A stretch of 64,000 nucleotides of DNA from Acidobacteriota bacterium (lineage in GTDB: Bacteria; Acidobacteriota; UBA890; WLXD01), in assembly GCA_963666215.2 (NCBI GenBank), contig CAXWPL010000001.1, forward strand, positions 96,001-160,000, read 5' to 3'. The notes below the pieces were generated by a model, which saw nothing but the letters and a program-made list of their open reading frames with translations, did not search any database and was not told where the DNA came from. Made by a program: the position numbers and the translations under genes. Below are positions 48,639 through 58,299 of the stretch, in pieces (within the stretch, counting starts at the first letter, position 1; every line of letters starts with the position of its first letter).

Positions 48639-50015
48639 GTGGCAGCCAGCATCCTGGTCGTTGACGACGAGCCCAACGTACGCGCCTCGCTCTCCGCCGC
48701 CCTGAGTGACGAGGGCTACGCCGTTCAGGTTGCGGGCAGCGGTGAGCTGGCCTTCGCCATGCTCCAGCGTCAGAGCTACGATCTGGTGCTGCTCGACGTC
48801 TGGCTGCCGGGGATGGATGGGCTCGAGGTCCTCGAGCAACTCCAGCATCTGTACCCCGGAAAAGCGACCGTGATGATCTCCGGGCACGCGAATATCGAGA
48901 CTGCCGTGCGCGCCACGAAGCTGGGGGCGTACGACTTCATCGAGAAGCCCGTTTCGCTCGAGCGCCTGCTGTTGGTGGTGGGCAACGCGCTCCGCCAGCA
49001 CTCGCTGGTACAGGAGAACACGCGCCTGCGCGCGGAGCTCAGCGAGCAGGTGGAAATCATCGGCGAAAGCGAGGGGATCATCGCGCTGCGACAACAGGTG
49101 GATCGCGCGGCGCCGAGCAACGGCCGCGTGCTCATCTTTGGCGAGAACGGCACCGGCAAGGAGTTGGTCGCGCGCCGTATTCATGCGCTGTCGCGGCGGT
49201 CCCAGGCGCAGTTCGTCGAGGTCAACTGTGCCGCGATTCCCGAGGAATTGATCGAGAGCGAGCTGTTCGGTCATGTGAAGGGGTCATTCACCGGGGCCGT
49301 CGGCGACAAGGCCGGCAAGTTCGAGCTCGCCGACGGCGGGACGCTGTTCCTCGACGAGATCGGCGACATGAGTCTCAACACGCAGGCCAAGGTCCTGCGA
49401 GTGCTCGAGGAACAGCGTTTCGAGCGCGTGGGGTCGAACGATACCCGCGAGGTCGATGTACGAGTCATTGCCGCCACCAACAAGGATCTTCGGCAAGAGA
49501 TCGAAGCTGACCGCTTCCGCGAGGACCTCTACTACCGCCTCAACGTCATTCCGTTTTCGGTGCCGCCGCTGCGACACCGGGCTACCGACATCCTGCTGCT
49601 CGCCGACCGTTTCCTTCGGCTTTTCTCGGCGGAGTACGGACAGCAAACGAAGATCCTGGCACCCGAAGCCGTCGCACTGTTGACGGAGCACTCGTGGCCG
49701 GGGAACGTCCGTGAGCTGCGCAACGTCTGTGAGCGCCTCGTCATCATGGCGCCGAACGAAACGATTGGGCCCGATGAGATCGCACCCACGATCGGCGCCG
49801 AGCGCTCACCGGAGCCAGTCGATGTCGACGGCCTGTCGCTCAGGGAGGCGCGCGAGCTGTTCGAGCAGCGGCTGATTCTCGCTAAGCTGCGTGAGTACGG
49901 CGGCAGTGTGCGCAAGGCGGCCGAGGCGCTCGATGTGGAACGCAGCAACCTCTACCGCAAGCTCAAGGCGTACGGAATTGACGCTGGCGAGCTATCCGCC
50001 GGGACCGAGGGCTAG
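48639..50015 (+). CDS. NtrX/NtrC-like sigma54-dependent response regulator
   Basis: REC (VVDDE, LLDVWLP), [31 protein letters not shown], Fis-type HTH. Confidence 0.94.
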   Translation: MAASILVVDDEPNVRASLSAALSDEGYAVQVAGSGELAFAMLQRQSYDLVLLDVWLPGMDGLEVLEQLQHLYPGKATVMISGHANIETAVRATKLGAYDFIEKPVSLERLLLVVGNALRQHSLVQENTRLRAELSEQVEIIGESEGIIALRQQVDRAAPSNGRVLIFGENGTGKELVARRIHALSRRSQAQFVEVNCAAIPEELIESELFGHVKGSFTGAVGDKAGKFELADGGTLFLDEIGDMSLNTQAKVLRVLEEQRFERVGSNDTREVDVRVIAATNKDLRQEIEADRFREDLYYRLNVIPFSVPPLRHRATDILLLADRFLRLFSAEYGQQTKILAPEAVALLTEHSWPGNVRELRNVCERLVIMAPNETIGPDEIAPTIGAERSPEPVDVDGLSLREARELFEQRLILAKLREYGGSVRKAAEALDVERSNLYRKLKAYGIDAGELSAGTEG

Positions 50016-50915
50016 ACCATGGATCGCGTTCTCGAGAACGCGATCCACGGGCAACTGCGGCAGTTGTAGATGGTGCGCTGCCGCGGCCGTCACCGAAGCG
50101 GATGGAACGAGTCCGACGAGCTCGGTTTCGAGCACCTCGGTATTGAGCTCGGCCGCCGCAGCGCGGACGGCGTCGACCGCCACATGCAGCGGCGTCGTCT
50201 CGGGATCCTCGATATTCATCGAAACCTGTACGAGCGAGCGGGAGCTCAACGCCACGCCCATGGCCTTCACACCCGCTAGACCGCCCGACGACGCGCGCAC
50301 GCGGCGCGCCACCGCGCGGGCCACGGTCAGATCGCCGCTGGCCAGGACGACATTGTAGGCAATCAACGCCTGTCGGGCACCGATGGCCGTCGCGCCGGCC
50401 GTAGGATGGGGAGTCGTTGGACCGTAGTCAGGCCGCCACGCTGGATCGCGCATGCGCTCCTCGAGGCCCTCGAACTGGCCCCTCCGCACGCTGCTCAGGT
50501 CGACCCGCCCGGGCTCGGTGGCAGCGGCTCGGTACAGGTATACGGGCAAGCCGATGCGCTCGCCGACCCTGGCCCCCAATCGCCGTGCGACGTCGATGGC
50601 GTCCTCGATCGTCGAGCCATGGCGCGGCAACGGGACGAACGGACATACGTCCACCGCGCCGATCCGCGGGTGCACTCCTCGATGCTGACGCAGATCGACA
50701 TGCGCCACGGCGACGCTGTAGAGCCCCGTAAGCGCGTCCAGCAAAGCGTGCGGCGGACCGACCAACGTGTAGACGGTCCGGTTGTGGTCCACATCGGGAT
50801 GGACGTGCAGCAGCGTCACGCCAGGAGATGTCGCGAGCGCGTCAGCCAGCAGACGCAGTACACCACCGCGTCGACCCTCACTCACGTTGGGAACACACTC
50901 GATGAGACGCGACAA
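49992..50915 (-). CDS. ftcD: Glutamate formimidoyltransferase (stand-alone FT domain)
   Basis: LIECVPNVSEGR, DHNRTV, HPRIGAVDVCPFVP, RRGQFEGL, QVSMN. Confidence 0.92.
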   Translation of the reverse strand: MSRLIECVPNVSEGRRGGVLRLLADALATSPGVTLLHVHPDVDHNRTVYTLVGPPHALLDALTGLYSVAVAHVDLRQHRGVHPRIGAVDVCPFVPLPRHGSTIEDAIDVARRLGARVGERIGLPVYLYRAAATEPGRVDLSSVRRGQFEGLEERMRDPAWRPDYGPTTPHPTAGATAIGARQALIAYNVVLASGDLTVARAVARRVRASSGGLAGVKAMGVALSSRSLVQVSMNIEDPETTPLHVAVDAVRAAAAELNTEVLETELVGLVPSASVTAAAAHHLQLPQLPVDRVLENAIHGLALGPGG

Positions 50916-51206
50916 GACGCCAGCTCCTGGTGCAGATGAGGACTCCGACCGGAAGCCCGACGGAGGCATGGCAAGGCTCCGCCAGGACTCCCTGCCGAGC
51001 AACGTTAGTTGACCGCAGCCACAGAATCGACACAGCCACCTCGACCGCCCACCCAGGCACACGGCTCGCTGGCGAGCGCAAACTTGCACAACAATGCACA
51101 GCTCTGCGTTGACCGACAGTGCACTGAGTTGCTACCATCTCCCGGGGCGAATTGGACGCAGCATTATTGTTGTTGGGGGGCCGTAATTCATCTGGAGTGC
51201 GGCTGG

Positions 51207-51851
51207 GTGAAGTGTCCGAAGTGTAATCACGTTACATTCGACCACCTCGCGTGCTGCCCGCGTTGCCAAGCCAGCTTTCAACTGGCACGTCGGCTAACGC
51301 AGCGTCGCGACCCACGTCGACGCATCGTGATTCCCGGCGAGCGCACGCTCGAAGCTCAGCGCACCGGCCAACCGCCACTTCTCGACCCGAGCGAGGCGAA
51401 CGAGCTGACTGCGGCCGACGCCGCCGTTGACTGCGCCGCGCCAGCACGCGAGCCGCTGGCGCCGAGCTCCGCCGATACCGGCCGGAGCGCCCCGAAGGTT
51501 GACGATCCGGCCGAGGCCGAGATCTACACCGAGGTCCGCGCCAAGGCCAATGTTTCGGTCCACTCCGAAGCACTCGCCGAGGCCAATTCCGTGACCCAAG
51601 CGGAAGCGCTCGCCGAGGCCAATGTCGACGCCCAAGCCGAAGCGCTCGCCGAGGACACGCCAGAAAGCGCGGCCGCCGAGGCCCAAGCCGTCGACGCCAG
51701 GCGACTCAAAGAGCTCATGATTCGCTCCAGCCGCGCGCGGCGCCGCCGCACCGTGACGTCAACACGAACGGTGGATCCCCCCCCTACCCGATTGGTACGC
51801 GCCGGACGCCGGCGTCGCGCCCGAGACGCCTCGCCGCGATGCCGCCACTGA
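51207..51851 (+). CDS. Zn-ribbon (CPKC..CPRC) protein; probably frameshifted at the C8 tract 51777-51784
   Basis: GGAG RBS + GTG: MKCPKCNHVTFDHLACCPRCQ, followed by an Ala/Glu-rich region. Confidence 0.65.
   Translation: MKCPKCNHVTFDHLACCPRCQASFQLARRLTQRRDPRRRIVIPGERTLEAQRTGQPPLLDPSEANELTAADAAVDCAAPAREPLAPSSADTGRSAPKVDDPAEAEIYTEVRAKANVSVHSEALAEANSVTQAEALAEANVDAQAEALAEDTPESAAAEAQAVDARRLKELMIRSSRARRRRTVTSTRTVDPPPTRLVRAGRRRRARDASPRCRH
51531..51656 (+). repeat. Four imperfect 36-bp coding tandem repeats (EALAEAN-type, 12 aa)
   Basis: Units start at 51531, 51567, 51603 and 51639. Confidence 0.75.
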
Positions 51852-51881
51852 ACGGACACCGACACCGAGGAGGGCCTGAAC

Positions 51882-54776
51882 GTGGCACCTGACCGAACGA
51901 ACCTCCGCCCGACCGAGACTCCGACACCCCTGCACGCCCACCCGAGCTACGGCGCGGCCAACGGAACCAAGGGCGGCCCAGCAGGCGGCGAGACCAACGC
52001 CGACTGGCGCGAGCAGCTCCGCGACCGCGTCAAGGAGATCCGCGCGCGCCGCCTCGCCGACGCGAACGATAGTGGCGACCTCGATGAGGCCGCCAGATGG
52101 CGTCGACGCGCAGACGCTTTGGCGAGCGAGCTCAAGGGCAGTCCAATGGCGGAGCTTGAAGCGCCGATTGCCGCGTCCGGCACTCTGCCAACAGATCCCG
52201 TGGTCGTAGTAGCGAATCCGAGCGACCCTCCTCGAGCCGATCAGGTGCCCATGGCCGCTCCTCCGGAGCTGGAGGCGCCGACGCCCGAGTCCGAAATCAT
52301 CGATCTGGTCGACGCACTGATCGACGGCGGTATGGAGGACGGGTTCAGCGACCGGTCGCCAGATTCAGTCGATGCACTCGGCCCGGTGCCGAACGCGATG
52401 GCCCACATCCACCAGCCCGACGCGGAACCTATCCGAGCCGAGGCTGATGGAGTCGAGCCCGTCAGCGACGCCCACGGCCTGCAGTCTACGCCGCAGCCCC
52501 CGGCTGAGGTAGACGTGGACGGCTCGGAGCGCCCGAACACTCACGAGAACCTGGGCGACCTCGACCTGGGAGACCTCCGCGAAGCAGGGAGCATCATCGG
52601 CATCGGTAGCGACGCGGCGGCGACCACCCGAGGCTCGAGTACTCTCCTACGTCCGCTCGATCTGATGGCAGACGAGCGGACGCCGCGGATCGGAACGTCG
52701 CCTATCGAGATGGCTTCCCCAGACGTCCACCGGTCGGAGTTGGCCGCGTCGCTCGACGACACGCCTCTGCTGGACATTTCGACACCTCTCGCAGACCCGG
52801 TACCCTTCAGGGAGGAGGCGCCTCCCGAGATCGAGGACCTGCGCTCGCTCGACGACGTGCTCGAGCCTCTACCTACCTTGTTCGACACCAGCACCGACCG
52901 CGTGACTCGGCGCAACGAAGACACGGGTAGCGACACCGAGACAGCGACGCACGCGACCGACCCGTTGGTGTACGACGTCGATGGCAGTCTCGACACCGAT
53001 CTGGAGACCAGCCCCGACCTCAACGAGGCGGCGATCGTCGACGAAGCTGCCGTGCTTGAGGCCGAGCCCCCCGACCCCGAGGGAACCGCCTCCACGGCAG
53101 CTGACCAGGCGGCTCCGGCGAACGACCCGATGACGCACAAGGGCGACGCGAGCTGGGGCGACGCTGATACGGGCTTCGGCGGCAATATCGCCGACCTCCC
53201 CGCCTGGGCACGCCCGCACGCGACGCCCCGCACGCGGCTCGACACAGGCCTCAGCTCACTCCCCTATCAGGAACGTCCCGTTACGCGGCCTCCGGAGTCG
53301 AGCACGGACGACGGCTCGCGCGGCCCGTTGCTCCCGACCGCTCGAACGGCTGCAGCGGTCAGCGCGGAGAAGACGAGCGAGCGCGGTCCGCTCGACGGGT
53401 TGGAACAGGGAGAACCGGTTGACCTCGCCCAGCCGAGCTCGACTCAAACAGTGCCGCTTCCAACAACGACAGCGAGCAATCCAGCGATCGAAGAGACCCC
53501 GTTGCCAGCCAGCCACCGCCCGGCTGCGCTCGAGGCCACCGCTTCGCCGGAAGCCGACAACGTGGCCTTCGACGCTTTCGACGCCGTCATGGCACCAGCC
53601 GTGGCGGGAACCCTCCTCGACCCGGCGAGCGATCTCGGGGACCACAGCTTCCGAGCAATCGAAGAGCTGGCGCGCGAGACTGTGGCCGCACAGCCGGCTG
53701 AGCTCGTGGAGATGGCCGAGCTCGACACGTCGGCGGCACAACAGCCGGAAACGACCTCCGCCGGCCTGGAAACATCGCTGCAGCCAACCCCGGAGGAAAC
53801 CGCGCCAAGCACTGGCAGCGCCCCCGCCGAATCACCGGGTTCGGCGATAGACGATCGCCTTGGTGAGCTGGCGGAGTACTCACCAGATGCGGAGGACACT
53901 CACCTGATTGGCGAATTCGTTGGGCGGACCCGCATGCCGCGCGCAACGAAGCCTGCGCCCTCCACCGACGACGGTCATTCCAGATCTTTGTCGGCAGCCC
54001 AGCAACTGCTCGAAGAAGCCGGCCGATCCTTCGGCGTGGGTGACGAAATCGAGCCGTCGATGTACCTGTCGGACGCGGCGCCAGCCGAGCCCACCGCGCA
54101 ACCCCTTTCTGCGCCCAGGACGCCGACCGAGTCCTCCACGCCTCCTCCGGCTACGGAGGAGCTTGTCTCGCGCCAGTCCGTCGATCTCCCGAGTGTTCCG
54201 GAAGATCGCGGTGAACGTGAAAGGCCGTCGGTAACGCCGTCGCCGCCCGACGCGATCATGGGCCTCGACGACCCGGAGGGCTACGAATCGGCCCCCTGGG
54301 GACTCGGCGACCCGACAGACTCCGACGCCGAGCGCGTCGGCGACCCGCACGGCGACCTCCTGGATCCGTCGGCGCCTGTCAGCGATCGAGTGTTCTCGGT
54401 GCTCTGCGACTCGCTGGTACTTGCCGCGATAGGCCTCCTCCTCATGTTCGCGGCCGCGAACGCCGCAGGAACCGGTGCTGGCCAGGTGGTGGCCAACGCG
54501 CCGGTGCCGTTCGCCGTCGCCTGGGTACTGTTCGGCTTGGTCTACGGAGTGATGTTCGTGGGGACCACGGGACAGACTCTGGGCAAGATGGCCATGAACG
54601 TTCGGGTGATCGGCAGCGACCGGTTCCGGGTCGGCTACGGCCAGGCGGCGATTCGCGCTCTGGGGTACACGGCCGCCGCATTGCCGTTGGGCCTCGGACT
54701 ACTGCCGGCGCTACGGGACCCGCAGCATCGCGGTCTCCACGACCGCCTGAGCGGCACGCGCGTCGTCAAGGCCTAG
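51882..54776 (+). CDS. RDD-family membrane protein with a long acidic low-complexity N-terminal region
   Basis: DWREQLRDRVKEIR helix, about 780 aa rich in P/A/D/E/S/T, then RDD (RVFSVLCD, GQTLGKM, RGLHDRLSGTRVV). Confidence 0.85.
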   Translation: MAPDRTNLRPTETPTPLHAHPSYGAANGTKGGPAGGETNADWREQLRDRVKEIRARRLADANDSGDLDEAARWRRRADALASELKGSPMAELEAPIAASGTLPTDPVVVVANPSDPPRADQVPMAAPPELEAPTPESEIIDLVDALIDGGMEDGFSDRSPDSVDALGPVPNAMAHIHQPDAEPIRAEADGVEPVSDAHGLQSTPQPPAEVDVDGSERPNTHENLGDLDLGDLREAGSIIGIGSDAAATTRGSSTLLRPLDLMADERTPRIGTSPIEMASPDVHRSELAASLDDTPLLDISTPLADPVPFREEAPPEIEDLRSLDDVLEPLPTLFDTSTDRVTRRNEDTGSDTETATHATDPLVYDVDGSLDTDLETSPDLNEAAIVDEAAVLEAEPPDPEGTASTAADQAAPANDPMTHKGDASWGDADTGFGGNIADLPAWARPHATPRTRLDTGLSSLPYQERPVTRPPESSTDDGSRGPLLPTARTAAAVSAEKTSERGPLDGLEQGEPVDLAQPSSTQTVPLPTTTASNPAIEETPLPASHRPAALEATASPEADNVAFDAFDAVMAPAVAGTLLDPASDLGDHSFRAIEELARETVAAQPAELVEMAELDTSAAQQPETTSAGLETSLQPTPEETAPSTGSAPAESPGSAIDDRLGELAEYSPDAEDTHLIGEFVGRTRMPRATKPAPSTDDGHSRSLSAAQQLLEEAGRSFGVGDEIEPSMYLSDAAPAEPTAQPLSAPRTPTESSTPPPATEELVSRQSVDLPSVPEDRGERERPSVTPSPPDAIMGLDDPEGYESAPWGLGDPTDSDAERVGDPHGDLLDPSAPVSDRVFSVLCDSLVLAAIGLLLMFAAANAAGTGAGQVVANAPVPFAVAWVLFGLVYGVMFVGTTGQTLGKMAMNVRVIGSDRFRVGYGQAAIRALGYTAAALPLGLGLLPALRDPQHRGLHDRLSGTRVVKA

Positions 54777-54953
54777 CGGCCTAGCGCTACCTCCGGCGCC
54801 CCGTGGGGCGTGGCCAGACCCAGTAGCGGCTGCAGAATGGCACGACGCATCTTTCGTGCCGCTTGCCAGCGGGGAGCGCGAGTTGCCAGCCACGCGCCGT
54901 GCCAAGCGGGTGAGCCCGAACGAGCCTCGAACTCTTCGGGGCCGGTTCGCGCT

Positions 54954-56603
54954 CTAGTGGCGAAAGTGTCGCGCGCCGGTGTGGACCAGGGCGAGGCCCA
55001 ATCGGTCGGCAGCCGCGATAACCTCCGGGTCGCGCTTCGACCCACCTGGCTGCACGACTGCGCTCACCCCTGCCTCGGCGAGCGACTCGACGCCGTCGGC
55101 GAAGGGGAAGAAAGCATCGGAAGCCGCAGCGGCGCCGCCGAGCTCATGTCCGGCCTCTCGCGCCTTCCAGACGGCGAACCGACACGAGTCGACGCGGCTC
55201 ATCTGGCCGGCGCCCACGCCCAAGAGCTGCCCGTCGCGGCCAACGACGATGGCGTTGGAACGCACCGCGGGCACGACCGACCACAGGAAACGAAGGTCGG
55301 CGTCTTCTTGCGGCGTCGGCCTGCGGACGCTGACACACTCCCAGCGCTCTCGACCTTCACCTCCGGCCCCGCAGGCGACTCCGGCTCCGGGATCGCGCTC
55401 TTGTACGAGCAGGCCTCCCACAACGCCACGCAGCTCGAGATCGTCGGCGCTGGTCATCGACAATGGCGCGGCTGGCTCGGGAACACGTAACAGCCGCAAC
55501 GCGGCTTTGGCGCGAAGCACCTCGAGAGCCTCGGAACTGAAGTCCGGGGCAACAACGACCTCGATGAAGGTACTGGCGATTTCGTGTGCGGTTTCTTCAT
55601 TGACGACTTCGTTGAGGGCAACGATGCCTCCGAACGCGGAGGTCGGATCGGTGGCACGCGCTTTGACGTAGGCGGCAGCCAGGGTGGGCGCCGTGCCGGC
55701 ACCGCACGGGTTCATGTGCTTGATGACGGCGGCGCCTGGCTGCGGCAACCATCTGGCCAACATCCACGCCGCGTCCGCGTCGAGGATGTTGTTGTACGAC
55801 AGCTCCTTGCCGTTGAGTTGTTCCGCGGCGGCGATGCCCGCGGCGGTGTCGGCGGGCACATAGAACGCCGCGCGCTGATGGGGATTCTCGCCGTAGCGCA
55901 GGACCTGCCGCCGCTCGAAGCTGAACTGCAGCCGCTCAGGCAGCGCATCGCGTTCGGGCGTGGCCGTGGTCGCCACGGCGGCGGTGGCAGAGGCGACGGC
56001 GCCTGAGGACGCACCGAGATACTGCGAAATCGCGGCGTCGTAGGCGGCCGTGTGGGCGATCGCCTTGGCAGCCAATCGCCGCCGTTCGCCATGCGACGAC
56101 TCGTTAGCATCACCTCCATCGCCGTCGATCATGGCCAGGGCCGCCGGGTAGTCGGCCGGATCGACAAGAACGATCACGCCGGGGAAGTTCTTGGCCGCTG
56201 CGCGCAGAAGCGCGACCCCACCGATGTCGATCTGCTCGAGAGCGTCGGCGAAGCTGTGCTCCGGGTCGGCGATGGTGGCTGCGAACGGGTACAGGTTCAC
56301 GACCACGACGTCGATCGGCGCCACCGACGCAGTCTCGAGCTCCTGCATCTGCTCGCCGACCTCCCGGCGCGCCAGAATCCCGCCGAAGATCTTCGGATGA
56401 AGCGTCTTCACGCGGCCGCCCAACATTTCCGCCTGGCCCGTGACTTCACCGACTTCGGTCACCGACACACCCGCATCTCGCAGTTGACGCGCCGTGCCAC
56501 CGGTTGACAGAAGGGTCAAGCCGCGATCATGCAACGCGGCCGCGAATTCATCTACGCCCGACTTGTCGTAGACAGACAGCAATGCGGTACGTGCTTTCAT
56601 CAT
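54954..56603 (-). CDS. purH: Bifunctional AICAR formyltransferase / IMP cyclohydrolase
   Basis: ALLSVYDKSG, GRVKTLHP, LRYGENPHQ, GAGQMSRVDS, ASDAFFPF, RHFRH. Confidence 0.98.
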   Translation of the reverse strand: MMKARTALLSVYDKSGVDEFAAALHDRGLTLLSTGGTARQLRDAGVSVTEVGEVTGQAEMLGGRVKTLHPKIFGGILARREVGEQMQELETASVAPIDVVVVNLYPFAATIADPEHSFADALEQIDIGGVALLRAAAKNFPGVIVLVDPADYPAALAMIDGDGGDANESSHGERRRLAAKAIAHTAAYDAAISQYLGASSGAVASATAAVATTATPERDALPERLQFSFERRQVLRYGENPHQRAAFYVPADTAAGIAAAEQLNGKELSYNNILDADAAWMLARWLPQPGAAVIKHMNPCGAGTAPTLAAAYVKARATDPTSAFGGIVALNEVVNEETAHEIASTFIEVVVAPDFSSEALEVLRAKAALRLLRVPEPAAPLSMTSADDLELRGVVGGLLVQERDPGAGVACGAGGEGRERWECVSVRRPTPQEDADLRFLWSVVPAVRSNAIVVGRDGQLLGVGAGQMSRVDSCRFAVWKAREAGHELGGAAAASDAFFPFADGVESLAEAGVSAVVQPGGSKRDPEVIAAADRLGLALVHTGARHFRH

Positions 56604-56795
56604 CTCGTTCCCGTTGGGTCCAGCCCGAAAGCGCGCACTCTATCGTGAAATTCCCAGGTGCTTTTGCCTCGAGGTCGTCCACCCGAAATCGAGCAGGCAA
56701 CAGGTTCGCCAACGCCGGCCCGAAACCACCGGAACGCGTCAGCCATGCCTGGCGAAGCGCGCGGAAAACAACGCTACTCGCAGCCTCTGCCCACG

Positions 56796-57077
56796 CTAGT
56801 TCCACTCAATCGCCCGCACTACGTCCGCGCCCAGTTCAGCCTGCAGGCTCTCCAGCAGCTTGTCTTGTAGCTCCTCGAGCACGGGTCTCCAGGCCTCGTC
56901 GACCAGCGCCATACGGAGCCTGCCGCGCTCGAGTGCGATCGGCCGCGCGCTGTCGGCAACCCCCTCGCCCGCCGCCGAGCGCCATGCACCGTCGAGCAAC
57001 CGGGCGCGAGCATGGGGGTCTTCGACCCAGGTGGCGATGGCGCCGACCAGCCCCGCTCCGACCCTGTGAAAGCTCAT
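56796..57077 (-). CDS. DUF721 / DciA-family protein
   Basis: 93 aa; AWRSAAGEGVADSARPIALERGRL...AWRPVL pattern; ATGA overlap with the queA stop. Confidence 0.75.
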   Translation of the reverse strand: MSFHRVGAGLVGAIATWVEDPHARARLLDGAWRSAAGEGVADSARPIALERGRLRMALVDEAWRPVLEELQDKLLESLQAELGADVVRAIEWN

Positions 57078-58294
57078 GGGAGAATCAACATCGCGTCACC
57101 GTAGGAGTAGAAACGATAACCAGACTGAATGGCCAGCTGGTACGCCTGTCGCAGCTGCTCAACACCCATCAGGGCGCCGACCATGAGCAACGGGGTGGAG
57201 CGCGGCAGGTGGAAGTTGGTGATCATGGCATCGACGACGCGGAAGCGGAAGCCGGGACGGATGAACAGATGGGCCGACGCCGGCCCGGCGAGCGGGCCCG
57301 TGCCGTCGCCGCTGACCACGGCGCTGTGCTCGAGAGCTCGAACCACGGTCGTGCCGACCGCTACGATGCGCCCCCCCGACTGCCGTGTCTCGTGAATCGC
57401 GGCCACCGTCGACTCGGGAATTTCGTACTCTTCCGGATCCATGCGGTGATCGTCGACGAACTCCTCCGTGACGGGTCGAAACGTTCCGGGCCCCACGTGA
57501 AGCGTCAGGCTCACGACCGCGATATCGCGCACTGCGAGGCTTTCGAGCACGCGCTCGCTGACGTGAAGCCCGGCGGTCGGCGCAGCGACCGCTCCTTCCG
57601 TTCGAGCGTAGACCGTCTGATAGCGCTCACGATCGAGCTCGCGGCGCGCTGCGGTCGCCTCGGGCGAAATGTAGGGAGGCAGCGGCATGTCGGCCACCTG
57701 GTCGAGGAACGCCCTCACATCGAGTCCGCCGCGGAAGCGCAACTGACGCACGCCGCCCGCCTCCTCGGAAATCACCTCGACCGTCTCGCGGTTCGCCGCC
57801 GGGCTACCGGTCTCCATTCGCGCCGCGCCGGGAGTGAGGCCAGACTCGAGGTCGATGTGCTCGCCCGTGCGAACCCGGCGGGCTGGACGTACGAGCGCGC
57901 GCCAAATCGCCGCCTGTCCATCGACGGGCCCGAGCAGGAGCAACTCGAGCTCGCCACCGGTCGCTCGCCACGCCCGCAGGCGTGCCGGCACCACGCGCGC
58001 GTCGTTGACAACAACGAGGTCGCCGGGCTGCAACAGGGCCGGCAAGTCGCGAAAAAGATACTTGCGGGCGTCCATATCGACGCTGGCGGATGGCCTCACC
58101 CCGGAGTCGCTCGACCCACCGGCGTTGCCGGCGGAACTCCGTCCGGCGGCGCAGTCGGAGGCGAAGCCCGCCGCGCCTCCGGATCCTCCGGATCCACGAT
58201 GCGCAACTAGCAGGCGGCTCTGGTCGCGCTCGGCGAGCGGCGCCTGCGCGATAGCCTCACGCGGTAGCTCGTAGTCGAAATCGCTGAGGCGCAC
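57074..58294 (-). CDS. queA: S-adenosylmethionine:tRNA ribosyltransferase-isomerase
   Basis: FDYELP, PLPPYI, YQTVYA, GAVAAPTAGLH, TNFHLPRST, YRFYSYGDAM. Confidence 0.97.
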   Translation of the reverse strand: MRLSDFDYELPREAIAQAPLAERDQSRLLVAHRGSGGSGGAAGFASDCAAGRSSAGNAGGSSDSGVRPSASVDMDARKYLFRDLPALLQPGDLVVVNDARVVPARLRAWRATGGELELLLLGPVDGQAAIWRALVRPARRVRTGEHIDLESGLTPGAARMETGSPAANRETVEVISEEAGGVRQLRFRGGLDVRAFLDQVADMPLPPYISPEATAARRELDRERYQTVYARTEGAVAAPTAGLHVSERVLESLAVRDIAVVSLTLHVGPGTFRPVTEEFVDDHRMDPEEYEIPESTVAAIHETRQSGGRIVAVGTTVVRALEHSAVVSGDGTGPLAGPASAHLFIRPGFRFRVVDAMITNFHLPRSTPLLMVGALMGVEQLRQAYQLAIQSGYRFYSYGDAMLILP

Positions 58295-58299
58295 GGAGC

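Noticed and set aside
56548-56805. 85-aa ORF or ZTP (pfl) riboswitch upstream of purH
   Set aside because: The ORF overlaps both neighbours and has no motif; only fragments (TGGCGAA, CCTGGG) of the ZTP consensus are present, without the GGGGAGC stem
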